Source: Candidatus Zixiibacteriota bacterium (GTDB lineage Bacteria > Zixibacteria > MSB-5A5 > GN15 > JAAZOE01). Taken from it: a DNA stretch of 64,000 nucleotides. The stretch covers positions 128,001-192,000 of the forward strand of contig JBDREQ010000025.1 of the NCBI GenBank assembly GCA_043819555.1. The letters are read 5' to 3'. Shown in pieces: positions 28,192-38,124 of the stretch. Under the pieces are notes generated by a model. That model was not told where the DNA came from. It saw nothing but the letters and a program-made list of their open reading frames with translations, and made no database searches. The translations under genes and the position numbers were made by a program. Each line of letters begins with the position of its first letter. Position 1 is the stretch's first letter.

Positions 28192-30345
28192 ATGTCACTT
28201 CGCATTAACAACAACATTGCTGCAATCAACGCGCACCGCAATTTAACGGGAACCACCAGGTCGTTGGCCGGATCGATGGAAAAGCTCTCATCCGGTTATC
28301 GCATAAACCGGGCCAGTGATGACCCGGCCGGTTTGGTTATCTCAGAACAGTTCCGTGCTCAAATTGCCGGCCTTGGCCGCGCAATCGAAAACTCGGAAGG
28401 TTCCATTAACATGATTCAGACCGCTGAAGGCGCTCTGAATGAAATGAACAATCTCCTGGTATCCATGAGAGAATTGGCTATTCATGCCGCCAATGAAGGT
28501 TTTAATGACACCGATCAGCTGGCTGCTGACCAGGCCGAAATTGCAAACGCGATTGCTACAATCGATCGTATTGCCGCCAACACTCAATTTGGTACCAAGA
28601 AGCTGCTTGATGGCAGCAACGCCAACACGGCTACCATTACATCCTCAAATTCGTCATTATTGACGGTTTTGAACAGTCAGTTGACCACCGGCATCCATTC
28701 GGTTTCTTCTACCAAGTTAACTGATTCGACCTCGACTTTGAATTCCACCGCTCTGGGCCTTTCCCTGAGCAACACCGACGGCGACCCGGACAACCTGACC
28801 CAGGGCATCCATAATATTGATGTCGTTCAGGCTTCAGGTGGAGCCACTAAAACTTCAAATACCGTTTATGTGCAGGATTATTGGGGTAATGGCATGAGAC
28901 TCGCCGCCGCATCGGCAGTCGGAACAATCAACAGTACTGCCGTTGGAACAGTCTTGGCCAACAATCAGACCGTCACGGTTTCGTTCCGAGTGCAGGAAAG
29001 CGGAAGCGCAGTTTCTCAGAAGCAGTCGTTAACTGTTGCCCTTGCAACCGCTGATGGTCTAAACGAATTTGCCACCAAATTTAATACAGCTATTACCGCA
29101 AATTCAATTTTGAACGGCAAAATCGAAGCCTCGACGGATTCTCAGCGCCTCATCTTTGGAACAGTCAATGCCGGTTCTCAGTATTCATTCGAGATTGATG
29201 ATTGGTCGGCCGCTGCCAGTGTCGCCACTTTCACCAATGGCACGTCGGTTCGCGGTGTTTCCACAAACACGCTTGATTTTGATGTGGATAGTGAAAACCT
29301 GACTTTGGCCGCCAGTACCATGACGGTCGCGGCCGGTACGTACACCACTCTCGCTTCGCTGGTAACGGCTCTGGATGCCGCTTCAGGTACCGCCTACGGT
29401 AATATCGTCGGCGCCGTTCGCGAGATGGCCGTTCAGGCCAATGGCACCGATAAAATTAATTTCGTCACCAATGATGAAGGTTCCGATTATTCGGTCAGAA
29501 TGGTTGACACCGGAAGTGCTGATTCATTGCGCCAGGCTCTGGCATTGACTCTGGATGTAACATCGCACCAGGGTACCGATGCTATTGTTGCCTTTGATGA
29601 TTACAATAACAGCATCACCTCAGTCAAATATAATTCAACCGGAACTGCCACTCTGGCTAACAAAACCGGGACTACCGCGACTGTCGGCCGCGGTACTGTT
29701 GAGATGGTAGTTGGTAACGCCGTCAACGGTATTGATCTTGGCAATTTGCTGCTTGATGTTTCGGCGCCTACCTATAGTGTTTCATTAGACGGCGCCCCCG
29801 GCGCCACCGTTATAGGCGGCATAGATTCTTTGATTTACAATCGGGATCGTACCGAATCAATCAAGATGAATGTCGGCCTTCGCTCGACGGGCGGATCTGA
29901 AACCATAAATAATGTTGACCAGTCATTAATCTTCCAAATCGGCGCTAATGTCGGCCAGACCGCGAGGATTGGCGTCAGCAATATGGCGGCTTCAACACTT
30001 GGTAAGGGAATTGCCGGCAACTTGTTCTCGGATCTGTCTAAAATTGATGTAACCACCGCGGCTGGCGCTCAGGATTCTCAATCAGTTATTGACGCAGCCA
30101 TTAACGAAATAACAAGTATTCGTGGCACGCTTGGTAGTTTCCAGAAAAATACCCTGGAATCCAACCTGCGCAGTCTCCAAATTGCCAAACAGAATCTTAC
30201 CGCTTCAGAATCCACCATTCGTGATACCGATATGGCGGCCGAAATGTCAACTTTTGTAAAAAACCAGATTCTGCTTCAGGCCGGTACGGCAATGCTTGCT
30301 CAAGCCAACCAGATACCACAGGTTGTCTTGTCGCTCTTTAGTTAA
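28192..30345 (+). CDS. fliC: Flagellin (717 aa)
   Basis: MSLRINNNIAA, LSSGYRINRASDDPAGL, QIGAN, SESTIRDTDMA, QAGTAMLAQAN. Confidence 0.97.
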   Translation: MSLRINNNIAAINAHRNLTGTTRSLAGSMEKLSSGYRINRASDDPAGLVISEQFRAQIAGLGRAIENSEGSINMIQTAEGALNEMNNLLVSMRELAIHAANEGFNDTDQLAADQAEIANAIATIDRIAANTQFGTKKLLDGSNANTATITSSNSSLLTVLNSQLTTGIHSVSSTKLTDSTSTLNSTALGLSLSNTDGDPDNLTQGIHNIDVVQASGGATKTSNTVYVQDYWGNGMRLAAASAVGTINSTAVGTVLANNQTVTVSFRVQESGSAVSQKQSLTVALATADGLNEFATKFNTAITANSILNGKIEASTDSQRLIFGTVNAGSQYSFEIDDWSAAASVATFTNGTSVRGVSTNTLDFDVDSENLTLAASTMTVAAGTYTTLASLVTALDAASGTAYGNIVGAVREMAVQANGTDKINFVTNDEGSDYSVRMVDTGSADSLRQALALTLDVTSHQGTDAIVAFDDYNNSITSVKYNSTGTATLANKTGTTATVGRGTVEMVVGNAVNGIDLGNLLLDVSAPTYSVSLDGAPGATVIGGIDSLIYNRDRTESIKMNVGLRSTGGSETINNVDQSLIFQIGANVGQTARIGVSNMAASTLGKGIAGNLFSDLSKIDVTTAAGAQDSQSVIDAAINEITSIRGTLGSFQKNTLESNLRSLQIAKQNLTASESTIRDTDMAAEMSTFVKNQILLQAGTAMLAQANQIPQVVLSLFS

Positions 30346-30355
30346 TAAATATAGG

Positions 30356-30389
30356 GATTTGGGGGAGGCTCAATTCGCCTCCTCCAATC
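30356..30389 (+). terminator. GC-rich hairpin after fliC (weak terminator or mRNA stabiliser)
   Basis: GATTTGGGGGAGGC-TCAATTC-GCCTCCTCCAATC; no U-tract follows. Confidence 0.55.
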
Positions 30390-30618
30390 TCATAATCGCG
30401 CAGAATATATAGTCAGGGGAATCTTAAAATCGATTTTGCAATGGATAGCAAAAGATACAGGACGACAATAAGAATTTTAGACAGGGATTCGGGGGAAACG
30501 GTTGCGTCAAATCTTGCCGGTCATATACTGAGTCTGAGCGGCCATTTAAAAGAACTCCCTGGTTTAATTGTCGATCATATGGATCGATAAACAGAATTAT
30601 TGTACATAGGAGTTAAGT

Positions 30619-32952
30619 ATGCCGGGAACAAATTCAATAGACGGTCTGGCATCGAATCTTGATACTACCGCCATTATTGACGCAATGATTAATGCCGATC
30701 GCCAGCCAGCTGTCTTCATGGAAAGAGACAAAGCCTGGAAATCTCTAGAGATTACTAAGTTCAAGGCATTATCGGCGAGACTTCTTGCGCTGCAGTCAAG
30801 TATAAATGTTTTAAATGATGCTCGTGGTTTTTCGCAGGCCAGTATTCAGGTTTCCAATTCCGATATTTTGACTGCCTCGGCCGAATCGGCAATTGGTACC
30901 GGTACATATACATTGAATGTCAATTCTCTGGCTTCAAATCACCAGATTGCATCTCAAGGTTACACGGATGCCACTTCCGCCCTTTTGGGCACGGGAAGCA
31001 TTACTATTTCAATCGGCAATGATAATCCTACAACAATAAATTTAAGCGAAGATAATAATTCATTAATAGGTTTGAAAAACGCCATTAATGACGCCAATAT
31101 TGGCATCACGGCATCAATTATTAATGATGGTTCAACTTCAAAATCTTATCGCCTTGTACTGAGCGGAAATGAAACCGGAGCCCAGGAGACAATTTCATTT
31201 TCAAACACCTTGACCGGCGGAGCGGCGCCGGATTTTGTAAATTCTTCATTTGATAATCCGGAAACGGCAGGATTCTCGATTTCGGCGACATCTTTGGTTT
31301 CATTAGGAGCGACGTCATCCTATACCGGAACGACCAATAAAACGTTTACCTTTACAGTCGCTGGTGCGGGAACTCAAACTGTTGGTTCTGGAGATATCAC
31401 CTTAAACTGGACAGACGGAACAAATTCCGGGTCAATCGTTGTATCCGCCGCTGATACGGAAATCACCGGGCCGGAAGGTTTAAAATTGTCATTTGCCGAT
31501 GGCGATTTAATTGCCGGCGATACGTTTACCGTCTCGACTTTCGCGCCGCTGCTTCAGAAGGCTTCCGATGCTCAATTATCAATCGGTTCCAGCGATGATG
31601 GCGCCTCGCCAATCGTCATTAAATCGTCAACCAATACCGTCAAAAATATTATCACCGGATTAACGGTGGAGCTGAAAGAAATCACTACCGCCGAAACCGG
31701 TCCGGTTGTCATCAGCGCCGGAATCGATACCTCCGCCATTAGAACCAAACTTGATAACTTTATTAACGCCTATAACGACGTAATGGAGTTTATCGATACT
31801 GAAAATTCCTTTAACGCCGATACGGAAGAAGGCGGCGTCCTCATGGGGGATGTTACCGTTCAGACAATCCAATCACGGCTCTCAGGAATAATTATTAATC
31901 CCATTGTGGGGCTTGACAGGTCGATGAATGCACTTTCGGCGATTGGCATTCGCGTTGATCCAAAGGGTAAATTAGCCCTTAAATCTTCTGCCAAACTTAC
32001 AACTGCACTGAAAGATGATTTTGATGCCGTAATGAGACTTTTCGTTGACGGAGGAACCTCCAGTAATACGGGCATTTCGTTTTTAAGCACCACTCCTAAA
32101 ATCATCGGCGGTTCGGAATTTTCCATTGATATCACTCAGGCGGCGACGCATGGATATTATCAAGGGCAAAACATATCCGATCCATCCGCGACGCCATTAA
32201 CCCTGACGAGCTCTAATAATAAAATCCAGTTGAGAATTGATGGCCGTGTATCAGAAGAGATGACCTTGACGGCGCGAGCGTACAATTCATCCGCCGATCT
32301 GGTCAATGAAATACAGACTCGAATAAATAATGATAAGAATATAAGCGGTATGGGTGTTATTGCGGAATGGGTTGATGCCGGATCGAATCAGGGATATATA
32401 AAACTGACCTCTTCCAGCTACGGTTCAGCTTCAAAAGCGGAATTAATGACATCGATTCCCAATTCAGCGTATTCCGAGCTCGGTTTATCGGACGGGACTC
32501 TTCATGCGGGGTTAAATGTCGCCGGTACTATTAACGGAGAATCAGCCGCTGGTCAGGGCCAGGTTTTGACCGGAAATGAGGAAAATCAATATACCGCCGG
32601 ACTAAAGCTCAAAATTACTCTGATTGAAGCCCAGGTCAGTTCAGCCGTAGAAGGAACTATTGCGATCACAAAGGGTTTAGCCTCGATCCTGGCTGAAAAG
32701 CTTGATAATATCACTAAATCCAGCGGCGGCGTCATTGATACGAAAACAGGTTCTCTTGAAAAGCAAATTGAGAATATTGATAAACAGATAAAGGCACTGG
32801 ACAGCCGATTGGCGCTTCGCCGCGAATCTCTTGTTTTGGAATTCATGGAATTGGAAACGATGCTTGCTCAACTTCAGGCCGAAAGCGCCTTCATGGAGTC
32901 GCAATTGCAGGGGATAGCTTCAAACTTTGCGCAAATGACGAGGAATAGATAA
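30619..32952 (+). CDS. fliD: Filament cap protein FliD (long form)
   Basis: GLASNLDTTAII, SSTNTVKNIITGLT, FINAYN, C-terminal F.ELE..LAQL. Confidence 0.93.
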   Translation: MPGTNSIDGLASNLDTTAIIDAMINADRQPAVFMERDKAWKSLEITKFKALSARLLALQSSINVLNDARGFSQASIQVSNSDILTASAESAIGTGTYTLNVNSLASNHQIASQGYTDATSALLGTGSITISIGNDNPTTINLSEDNNSLIGLKNAINDANIGITASIINDGSTSKSYRLVLSGNETGAQETISFSNTLTGGAAPDFVNSSFDNPETAGFSISATSLVSLGATSSYTGTTNKTFTFTVAGAGTQTVGSGDITLNWTDGTNSGSIVVSAADTEITGPEGLKLSFADGDLIAGDTFTVSTFAPLLQKASDAQLSIGSSDDGASPIVIKSSTNTVKNIITGLTVELKEITTAETGPVVISAGIDTSAIRTKLDNFINAYNDVMEFIDTENSFNADTEEGGVLMGDVTVQTIQSRLSGIIINPIVGLDRSMNALSAIGIRVDPKGKLALKSSAKLTTALKDDFDAVMRLFVDGGTSSNTGISFLSTTPKIIGGSEFSIDITQAATHGYYQGQNISDPSATPLTLTSSNNKIQLRIDGRVSEEMTLTARAYNSSADLVNEIQTRINNDKNISGMGVIAEWVDAGSNQGYIKLTSSSYGSASKAELMTSIPNSAYSELGLSDGTLHAGLNVAGTINGESAAGQGQVLTGNEENQYTAGLKLKITLIEAQVSSAVEGTIAITKGLASILAEKLDNITKSSGGVIDTKTGSLEKQIENIDKQIKALDSRLALRRESLVLEFMELETMLAQLQAESAFMESQLQGIASNFAQMTRNR

Positions 32953-33438
32953 GTGATTAGCGGTCATCATGCCTATCAGGAAATCAGCACTCTGGGCATG
33001 TCCCAGCTGGATTTGATTTTGACCGTATATCGCGGGACAATCGAATTGTTAAATCAGGCCAAAAAAGATTTTGAGTCCAATCGATTGGCCGAGGGACGAG
33101 TTGCATGTGATAAGACCCGCAAATGTCTGGTTCATTTATATACGACTCTTAATATGGAAAAAGGCGGGGAGATCGCCGAATATCTGGGAAAAATATACGC
33201 TCATCTGATTGAACAGCTCGATCTGGCGGCCGCCAATAAATCGCAAAAATACTTTGAAAATATAATATCACATCTCACAACTATAAAGGAAGCCTGGGAT
33301 GAATTGAAAGAATCGGAATCTCAAAGAATCAATAATTATAATCCGAATCTTCCGGACGGCAATATTTGTCAGACCAAAGATGCTATTGATGGAGATATGC
33401 CGCTCAAAAAACAAAAAGGATTAGTAGTTTCCGCGTAG
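32953..33438 (+). CDS. fliS: Flagellin chaperone FliS
   Basis: AYQE...QLDLILTVY.G, TLNMEKGGEIA..L..IY, IKEAW. Confidence 0.9.
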   Translation: MISGHHAYQEISTLGMSQLDLILTVYRGTIELLNQAKKDFESNRLAEGRVACDKTRKCLVHLYTTLNMEKGGEIAEYLGKIYAHLIEQLDLAAANKSQKYFENIISHLTTIKEAWDELKESESQRINNYNPNLPDGNICQTKDAIDGDMPLKKQKGLVVSA

Positions 33439-33452
33439 GAGAATTTGATAAC

Positions 33453-33905
33453 ATGGAATATAACGCCATTAATGTGCTGGAACAGGAACTCATTAGAATT
33501 CTTAAAGAGGAATACTCTTTTTATCAATCGCTCTATATATTGATTGATAAGCAAAAGGATCTCCTTAAATTTGAAAAGGAAGAAAAAATCCTTGATATTT
33601 ATACCGAAATAGAGCGATGCCATAAGAGAATTTTATCTTCTGAAAAAAAGATAGCCAATTTGCGACAGGGAAATCCAAAACTTTTTCAACTGGCCGCTTC
33701 CGCGCCGGAAATTAAGAAAATCGCGCAAAGCATTATTACTCTTATCCGCAAAAATATAGTCCTGGTAAATGAAAATGAAGCGTACGCTTCAGAAAGATAT
33801 GAACGGATAAAGGCAGATCTCAAAGATTTGCAAAAATCGAACAAGATCGTTAAGTATATAAAGGATGTTGAACTTTATCCACAGTTTGTGGACAAGAAAA
33901 ATTAG
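33453..33905 (+). CDS. Helical flagellar chaperone-like protein (FlgN/FliT-like) in the fliT position
   Basis: ILKEEYSFYQSLYILIDKQ resembles FlgN N-termini; C-terminal FVDKKN; follows fliS. Confidence 0.6.
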   Translation: MEYNAINVLEQELIRILKEEYSFYQSLYILIDKQKDLLKFEKEEKILDIYTEIERCHKRILSSEKKIANLRQGNPKLFQLAASAPEIKKIAQSIITLIRKNIVLVNENEAYASERYERIKADLKDLQKSNKIVKYIKDVELYPQFVDKKN

Positions 33906-33912
33906 ATTTATC

Positions 33913-33940
33913 TAAAGTACGGAATTTTCACTGTCGATAC
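33913..33940 (+). promoter_or_regulatory. Sigma28 promoter of flgM
   Basis: TAAA-N16-GTCGATAC. Confidence 0.7.
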
Positions 33941-33963
33941 ATAGGATAGTAGAGGTGAAAACG

Positions 33964-34335
33964 ATGAAGATAGAACCCGTAGACAATGGCGGACGTCCTG
34001 AACGTCCCCAAAACGAAACACAGAGGAGAGAAAAGGCTGGATCAGACCAAAACCGGCGGCAAAATCGCTCAGATTCGATAGACATATCGAAAACAGCCAG
34101 GGAATTATCCGAATATGCGGATAATATCAAACGAGCTAATGAAGAGATTACCGCGCCGGTACCCGCCGAATTGCCCGAACTGCTTTCTGCCTATGCCGAG
34201 GAGATAGATGAATCTTTGGTGCGGGAAGAGAAAGTTGAGCAGGCAAGGCAAAGAGCCGAGTCAGGTTATTACGATTCAGCCCAAGTCAAGGAGGAAATCG
34301 CCAGAAGAATCGCAGATGATGTTTTTGGTGAATGA
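33964..34335 (+). CDS. flgM: Anti-sigma28 factor FlgM
   Basis: DSIDISKTAREL...VREEKVEQAR...GYY...EIARRI; ATG 33964 with GAGGTG RBS (alternative start GTG 33955). Confidence 0.8.
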   Translation: MKIEPVDNGGRPERPQNETQRREKAGSDQNRRQNRSDSIDISKTARELSEYADNIKRANEEITAPVPAELPELLSAYAEEIDESLVREEKVEQARQRAESGYYDSAQVKEEIARRIADDVFGE

Positions 34336-34363
34336 CTTCGTTTGACCGGGGGAGAATGATTTT

Positions 34364-35269
34364 ATGACGACTCAACTGATTGATTCAGGGATAGAAGAGA
34401 AGATCATAAGCGTAATCGGAGGAGTAAATAATTTGCCGACTCCGCCAATTGTATTTTCTCAAATACAGAAAGTGCTGAATAATCCCAATACTTCGGCATT
34501 TGATATTGCCGCAATTCTACAGGAAGATCCGGCAATATCAGCCAAAGTTCTAAAACTTACTAATTCCGCATATTATGGATTAGCCAAAGAAATTGAATCT
34601 GTCCGGCAGGCCGTCGTTATCGTCGGCCTGGAGGCCATTAAAAATCTGGTACTATCCGCCTCAATATTCGAAGCTTTTTCAAACTGCCAATTGGATAAAG
34701 AATTTCAAGATACATTTTGGAGGCATTCGCTGGGTACTGCCTTTGCCGCCCGTCTTTTTGCTTATAAACTTAGGGCGAACATGGGATTTGAGGCCGAATC
34801 CGCTTTTTCGGCAGGGATGCTTCATGATATCGGCAAGATGGTTATTTCTGTGTTTATGCGGGATGAAGCAAAATGGCTCGACGAACTAAAAGAGCAAAAG
34901 CCGGATTTGCCGGATCATGCTCTCGAACAAGAGGTGCTGGGATATAATCATGCTCAGATCGGATCACTACTGGCTAGACAGTGGATACTGCCGCATAAAT
35001 TGCAGGAAACTATTATGTATCATCACTTCCCTCAATTGGCTGAAAGTGATAACAATAATCTCCCATATTTGATTCATATATCGGATTATTTGGCCCATTA
35101 TACCTTTGACTTTGATCCGGAAGAAGAAGAGGAATTCAAGGAATCTTTGCAGGATGGTGTTCTGAATTATGTTGGGACCTCCTTAAACAGTTTGCTTTCT
35201 TTTTCTCCGTCGCTCCGTGAAGAATACAGCAAATCGGAAACCTTTTTGGAAATGGCTAAAGGTCTGTAA
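34364..35269 (+). CDS. HDOD-domain signalling protein
   Basis: LPTPP, DPAISAKVLKLTNSAYY, FWRHS, GMLHDIGK, HAQIG..LA..W.LP. Confidence 0.92.
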   Translation: MTTQLIDSGIEEKIISVIGGVNNLPTPPIVFSQIQKVLNNPNTSAFDIAAILQEDPAISAKVLKLTNSAYYGLAKEIESVRQAVVIVGLEAIKNLVLSASIFEAFSNCQLDKEFQDTFWRHSLGTAFAARLFAYKLRANMGFEAESAFSAGMLHDIGKMVISVFMRDEAKWLDELKEQKPDLPDHALEQEVLGYNHAQIGSLLARQWILPHKLQETIMYHHFPQLAESDNNNLPYLIHISDYLAHYTFDFDPEEEEEFKESLQDGVLNYVGTSLNSLLSFSPSLREEYSKSETFLEMAKGL

Positions 35270-35462
35270 GCTGTTATAATTCAGTAAAATAGTTTCCCGT
35301 ATCATTTTAATGTTATCGCTGTATCGCTGTTAATATTTTGAACAATTTGCCGATTCAGATAACACAGATTCATAATGAAACAATGCCCCAAAAAATGCAC
35401 CCGGATCATAAGGGAATAATTGGTGGCGGGCATTGGCCGTAAAATGAAATTAGTATTTTGTC

Positions 35463-36908
35463 ATGGAGCGACAGAAAATGTCTGAGTTGCTTACAGAAGC
35501 CGAGCAGCTTTATAAGCGGGGATATGTTGATGAAGCGAAAGAACGATTTCAAAACCTACTCCAAAAAGATCCTCGCAATAAACAAGCGCTTAATAATCTT
35601 GGTGTGTTGGCCTATGAAGAAAACAATTCGGGTGTCGCCGCCCGGTATTTTACTCAGGCATTAGAAATCGACCCGTTCTATAAAGATGCTATCTTAAATA
35701 TCTGTGATGTACTTCGTGAAAACGGGAATCTGAATGCCGCCGGATCATTACTTGAAATTGCTGTCAAAGAATATCCTGATGACACTGCGCTCGCTCGTCT
35801 ATATGGCGAATCTCAATATGGCATTATCATATCTCCCAGAGAACAGGATTTCTTATTCAATGATAACGAGCAGGAATCGCCATCTGAACGCGTTAAAACT
35901 CTCAGAATTCTTCAAGGCACCTATGAGATAGCCAATCAGAGCCATACGATATCAAAAGCTCTGGATTCTCAAGGTATAATTTGCAAAACGCTTTGCTATT
36001 ACCCAAATTATCTGAAATATAAATCGGACTATGTCATCGATCTCGCATCTTATAAGGATGCCCGCGAGGCGAATTCCCATCTTATGAAATTTGCCAAGCA
36101 ATTAATTCCTCAATTTGATGTATTTCATTTTCACTTCGGGACGACCTTGACTCTTGATCATTCCGATTTGCCGGCGCTTAAAGAGGCCGGGAAAAAGATA
36201 GTTACCCATTATTGGGGAAGTGATGTGAGATTAATGTCCAAAGCCACCGAATTCAATCCTTATATAAAAGTTAAAGGCAACAGTGAAGAGGGCATCATTC
36301 GCGACATGGAATTAATGGCTAAATATGTTTCGCATTGTATTGTCGGCGATGAAGAGTTATATCAATATGTCAAGGATTATTTCGAGCATGTCCATATTAT
36401 TCGGGCGGCGATAGACCTCAGTAAATACTTACCGCCAATAAATAAAAAAGACAACGATAATTTCTTGATCGTGCATGCTCCCACCGATTCGGATATCAAA
36501 GGTTCCGCTTATATTCAGAAGGCGGTTGATGAGCTTGAAGCAGAATATGATTTTGAATATCGTTTGGTCAAAGGGATGTCGTATGACGAGGCTAAGAGAA
36601 ATTATGCCGAAGCCGATTTGATTGTTGATGAACTGCATTGCGGCAGTTATGGTCTTTTGTCAATCGAGACAATGGCGATGGAAAAGCCGGTTATTATCTG
36701 GATATGCGATTTTATGCGCGAAAAATATCCGCAAGAGTTGCCCATTATATCTGCCAATCAGGATACGGTGAAAAATAAGATTAAATATGCCCTGGATAAT
36801 CGAGATGAAATCAAAGAAATTGGGCGGCAGGGCAGGCTTTATGTTGAAAAATACCATGACATGAAGAAGATAGCCCGGCAATTGATAGAGTTATATCAGG
36901 AAATATAG
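35463..36908 (+). CDS. TPR plus GT-B (GT4-like) glycosyltransferase
   Basis: N-terminal TPRs (ALNNLGVL); FDVFHFHF, VHAPT...KG, YGLLSIETMAMEKPV. Confidence 0.85.
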   Translation: MERQKMSELLTEAEQLYKRGYVDEAKERFQNLLQKDPRNKQALNNLGVLAYEENNSGVAARYFTQALEIDPFYKDAILNICDVLRENGNLNAAGSLLEIAVKEYPDDTALARLYGESQYGIIISPREQDFLFNDNEQESPSERVKTLRILQGTYEIANQSHTISKALDSQGIICKTLCYYPNYLKYKSDYVIDLASYKDAREANSHLMKFAKQLIPQFDVFHFHFGTTLTLDHSDLPALKEAGKKIVTHYWGSDVRLMSKATEFNPYIKVKGNSEEGIIRDMELMAKYVSHCIVGDEELYQYVKDYFEHVHIIRAAIDLSKYLPPINKKDNDNFLIVHAPTDSDIKGSAYIQKAVDELEAEYDFEYRLVKGMSYDEAKRNYAEADLIVDELHCGSYGLLSIETMAMEKPVIIWICDFMREKYPQELPIISANQDTVKNKIKYALDNRDEIKEIGRQGRLYVEKYHDMKKIARQLIELYQEI

Positions 36909-36928
36909 ATTAACGGAGATTTGAACAA

Positions 36929-37477
36929 ATGGATATTTCAAGAGCCAATAAATATTCGACCCACGGTAGAGGTGATTATTCGCCTGCCGATTTCAAGGAA
37001 CTGGGTCGGAATGTCATTTTTGAAAACGGCATGTTGGTGTTTCACCCGGAAAATATTACTATTGGCGATAATGTTTATATCGGCCACAATACTATCTTAA
37101 AGGCCTACTATAAAAACTACATGACAATCGACTCCGATACCTGGATTGGCCAGGGATGTTTTTTCCATAGCGCCGGCGGCATCGCAATCGGTCGCGCTGT
37201 CGGAATTGGCCCGGGCGTGAAGATATTGACATCGGCACATGACGATAGGATCACTGAAATTCCGGTGATGCATAATGATTTGAAATTTGCTCCGGTGGTC
37301 ATTGGAGATGGGTCCGATATCGGAATAGGTTCAATAGTATTACCCGGTGTGACTATTGGTCAGGGTGCGATTATCGGCGCCGGATCGGTTGTGACACGGG
37401 ACGTTCCCGATTATACAATTGTTGCGGGAACTCCGGCCAAATTGATCCGAATGCGAAGGGAATTAGTCCAGGTATGA
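36929..37477 (+). CDS. Hexapeptide-repeat sugar acyltransferase
   Basis: Left-handed beta-helix repeats; VLPGVTIGQGAIIGAGSVVTRDVP...AGTPAK. Confidence 0.9.
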   Translation: MDISRANKYSTHGRGDYSPADFKELGRNVIFENGMLVFHPENITIGDNVYIGHNTILKAYYKNYMTIDSDTWIGQGCFFHSAGGIAIGRAVGIGPGVKILTSAHDDRITEIPVMHNDLKFAPVVIGDGSDIGIGSIVLPGVTIGQGAIIGAGSVVTRDVPDYTIVAGTPAKLIRMRRELVQV

Positions 37478-38124
37478 TTGTTATCGTCGATTATGGCATG
37501 GGCAATCTGCGTTCGATTCAGAACATGCTAAAGCATTTGAATATCGTGTCGGAGATTTCTTCAGATAGATATAAAATATCTGCAGCGTCAAAAATTATTC
37601 TGCCGGGAGTCGGGTCATTTGACAAAGCTGTTGAAAATATCGATAAATTGAACATCCGTGAACTGCTTTTAAAAAGAGTGAGGGAAGATAAAATTCCCTT
37701 TCTGGGAATATGCCTTGGAATGCAGCTACTCGGTAATTCAAGCGAAGAGGGCACACTTGCCGGATTGGGACTGATAAATGGATCCTCCCATAAATTCAAT
37801 TTTGAATCCAGACAAATCAAAATTCCTCACATGGGTTGGAATACAGTAAGTAGTAAAAAAGACAGCATTCTTTTTAGTGATATGCCAGAAGATTTACGAT
37901 TCTATTTTGCCCACTCCTATCATTTCATATGCGAAAACATGACTGATATTCTGGCGACAACTGAATATGGTAATGAGTTTGTCTCAGCCATATCAAAAGG
38001 AAATATTTATGGAGTCCAGTTTCATCCTGAAAAGAGCCATAAATTTGGAATGAAGCTGCTCAAGAAATTCTCGGAGTTGAAACAGGATGTTGATGACAAG
38101 AGTTATGCCTTGTCTGTTGCTTGA
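37474..38124 (+). CDS. HisH paralogue glutamine amidotransferase (WbuY/AglY-like)
   Basis: DYGMGNL, LPGVG, GICLGMQ, PHMGWN, QFHPEKS; in a glycan locus with no other his genes. Confidence 0.88.
   Translation: MIVIVDYGMGNLRSIQNMLKHLNIVSEISSDRYKISAASKIILPGVGSFDKAVENIDKLNIRELLLKRVREDKIPFLGICLGMQLLGNSSEEGTLAGLGLINGSSHKFNFESRQIKIPHMGWNTVSSKKDSILFSDMPEDLRFYFAHSYHFICENMTDILATTEYGNEFVSAISKGNIYGVQFHPEKSHKFGMKLLKKFSELKQDVDDKSYALSVA

Noticed and set aside
30547..30577. Sigma28 promoter for fliD
   Set aside because: GTCGATCA is present but TAAA is 19 nt upstream; too weak to call.
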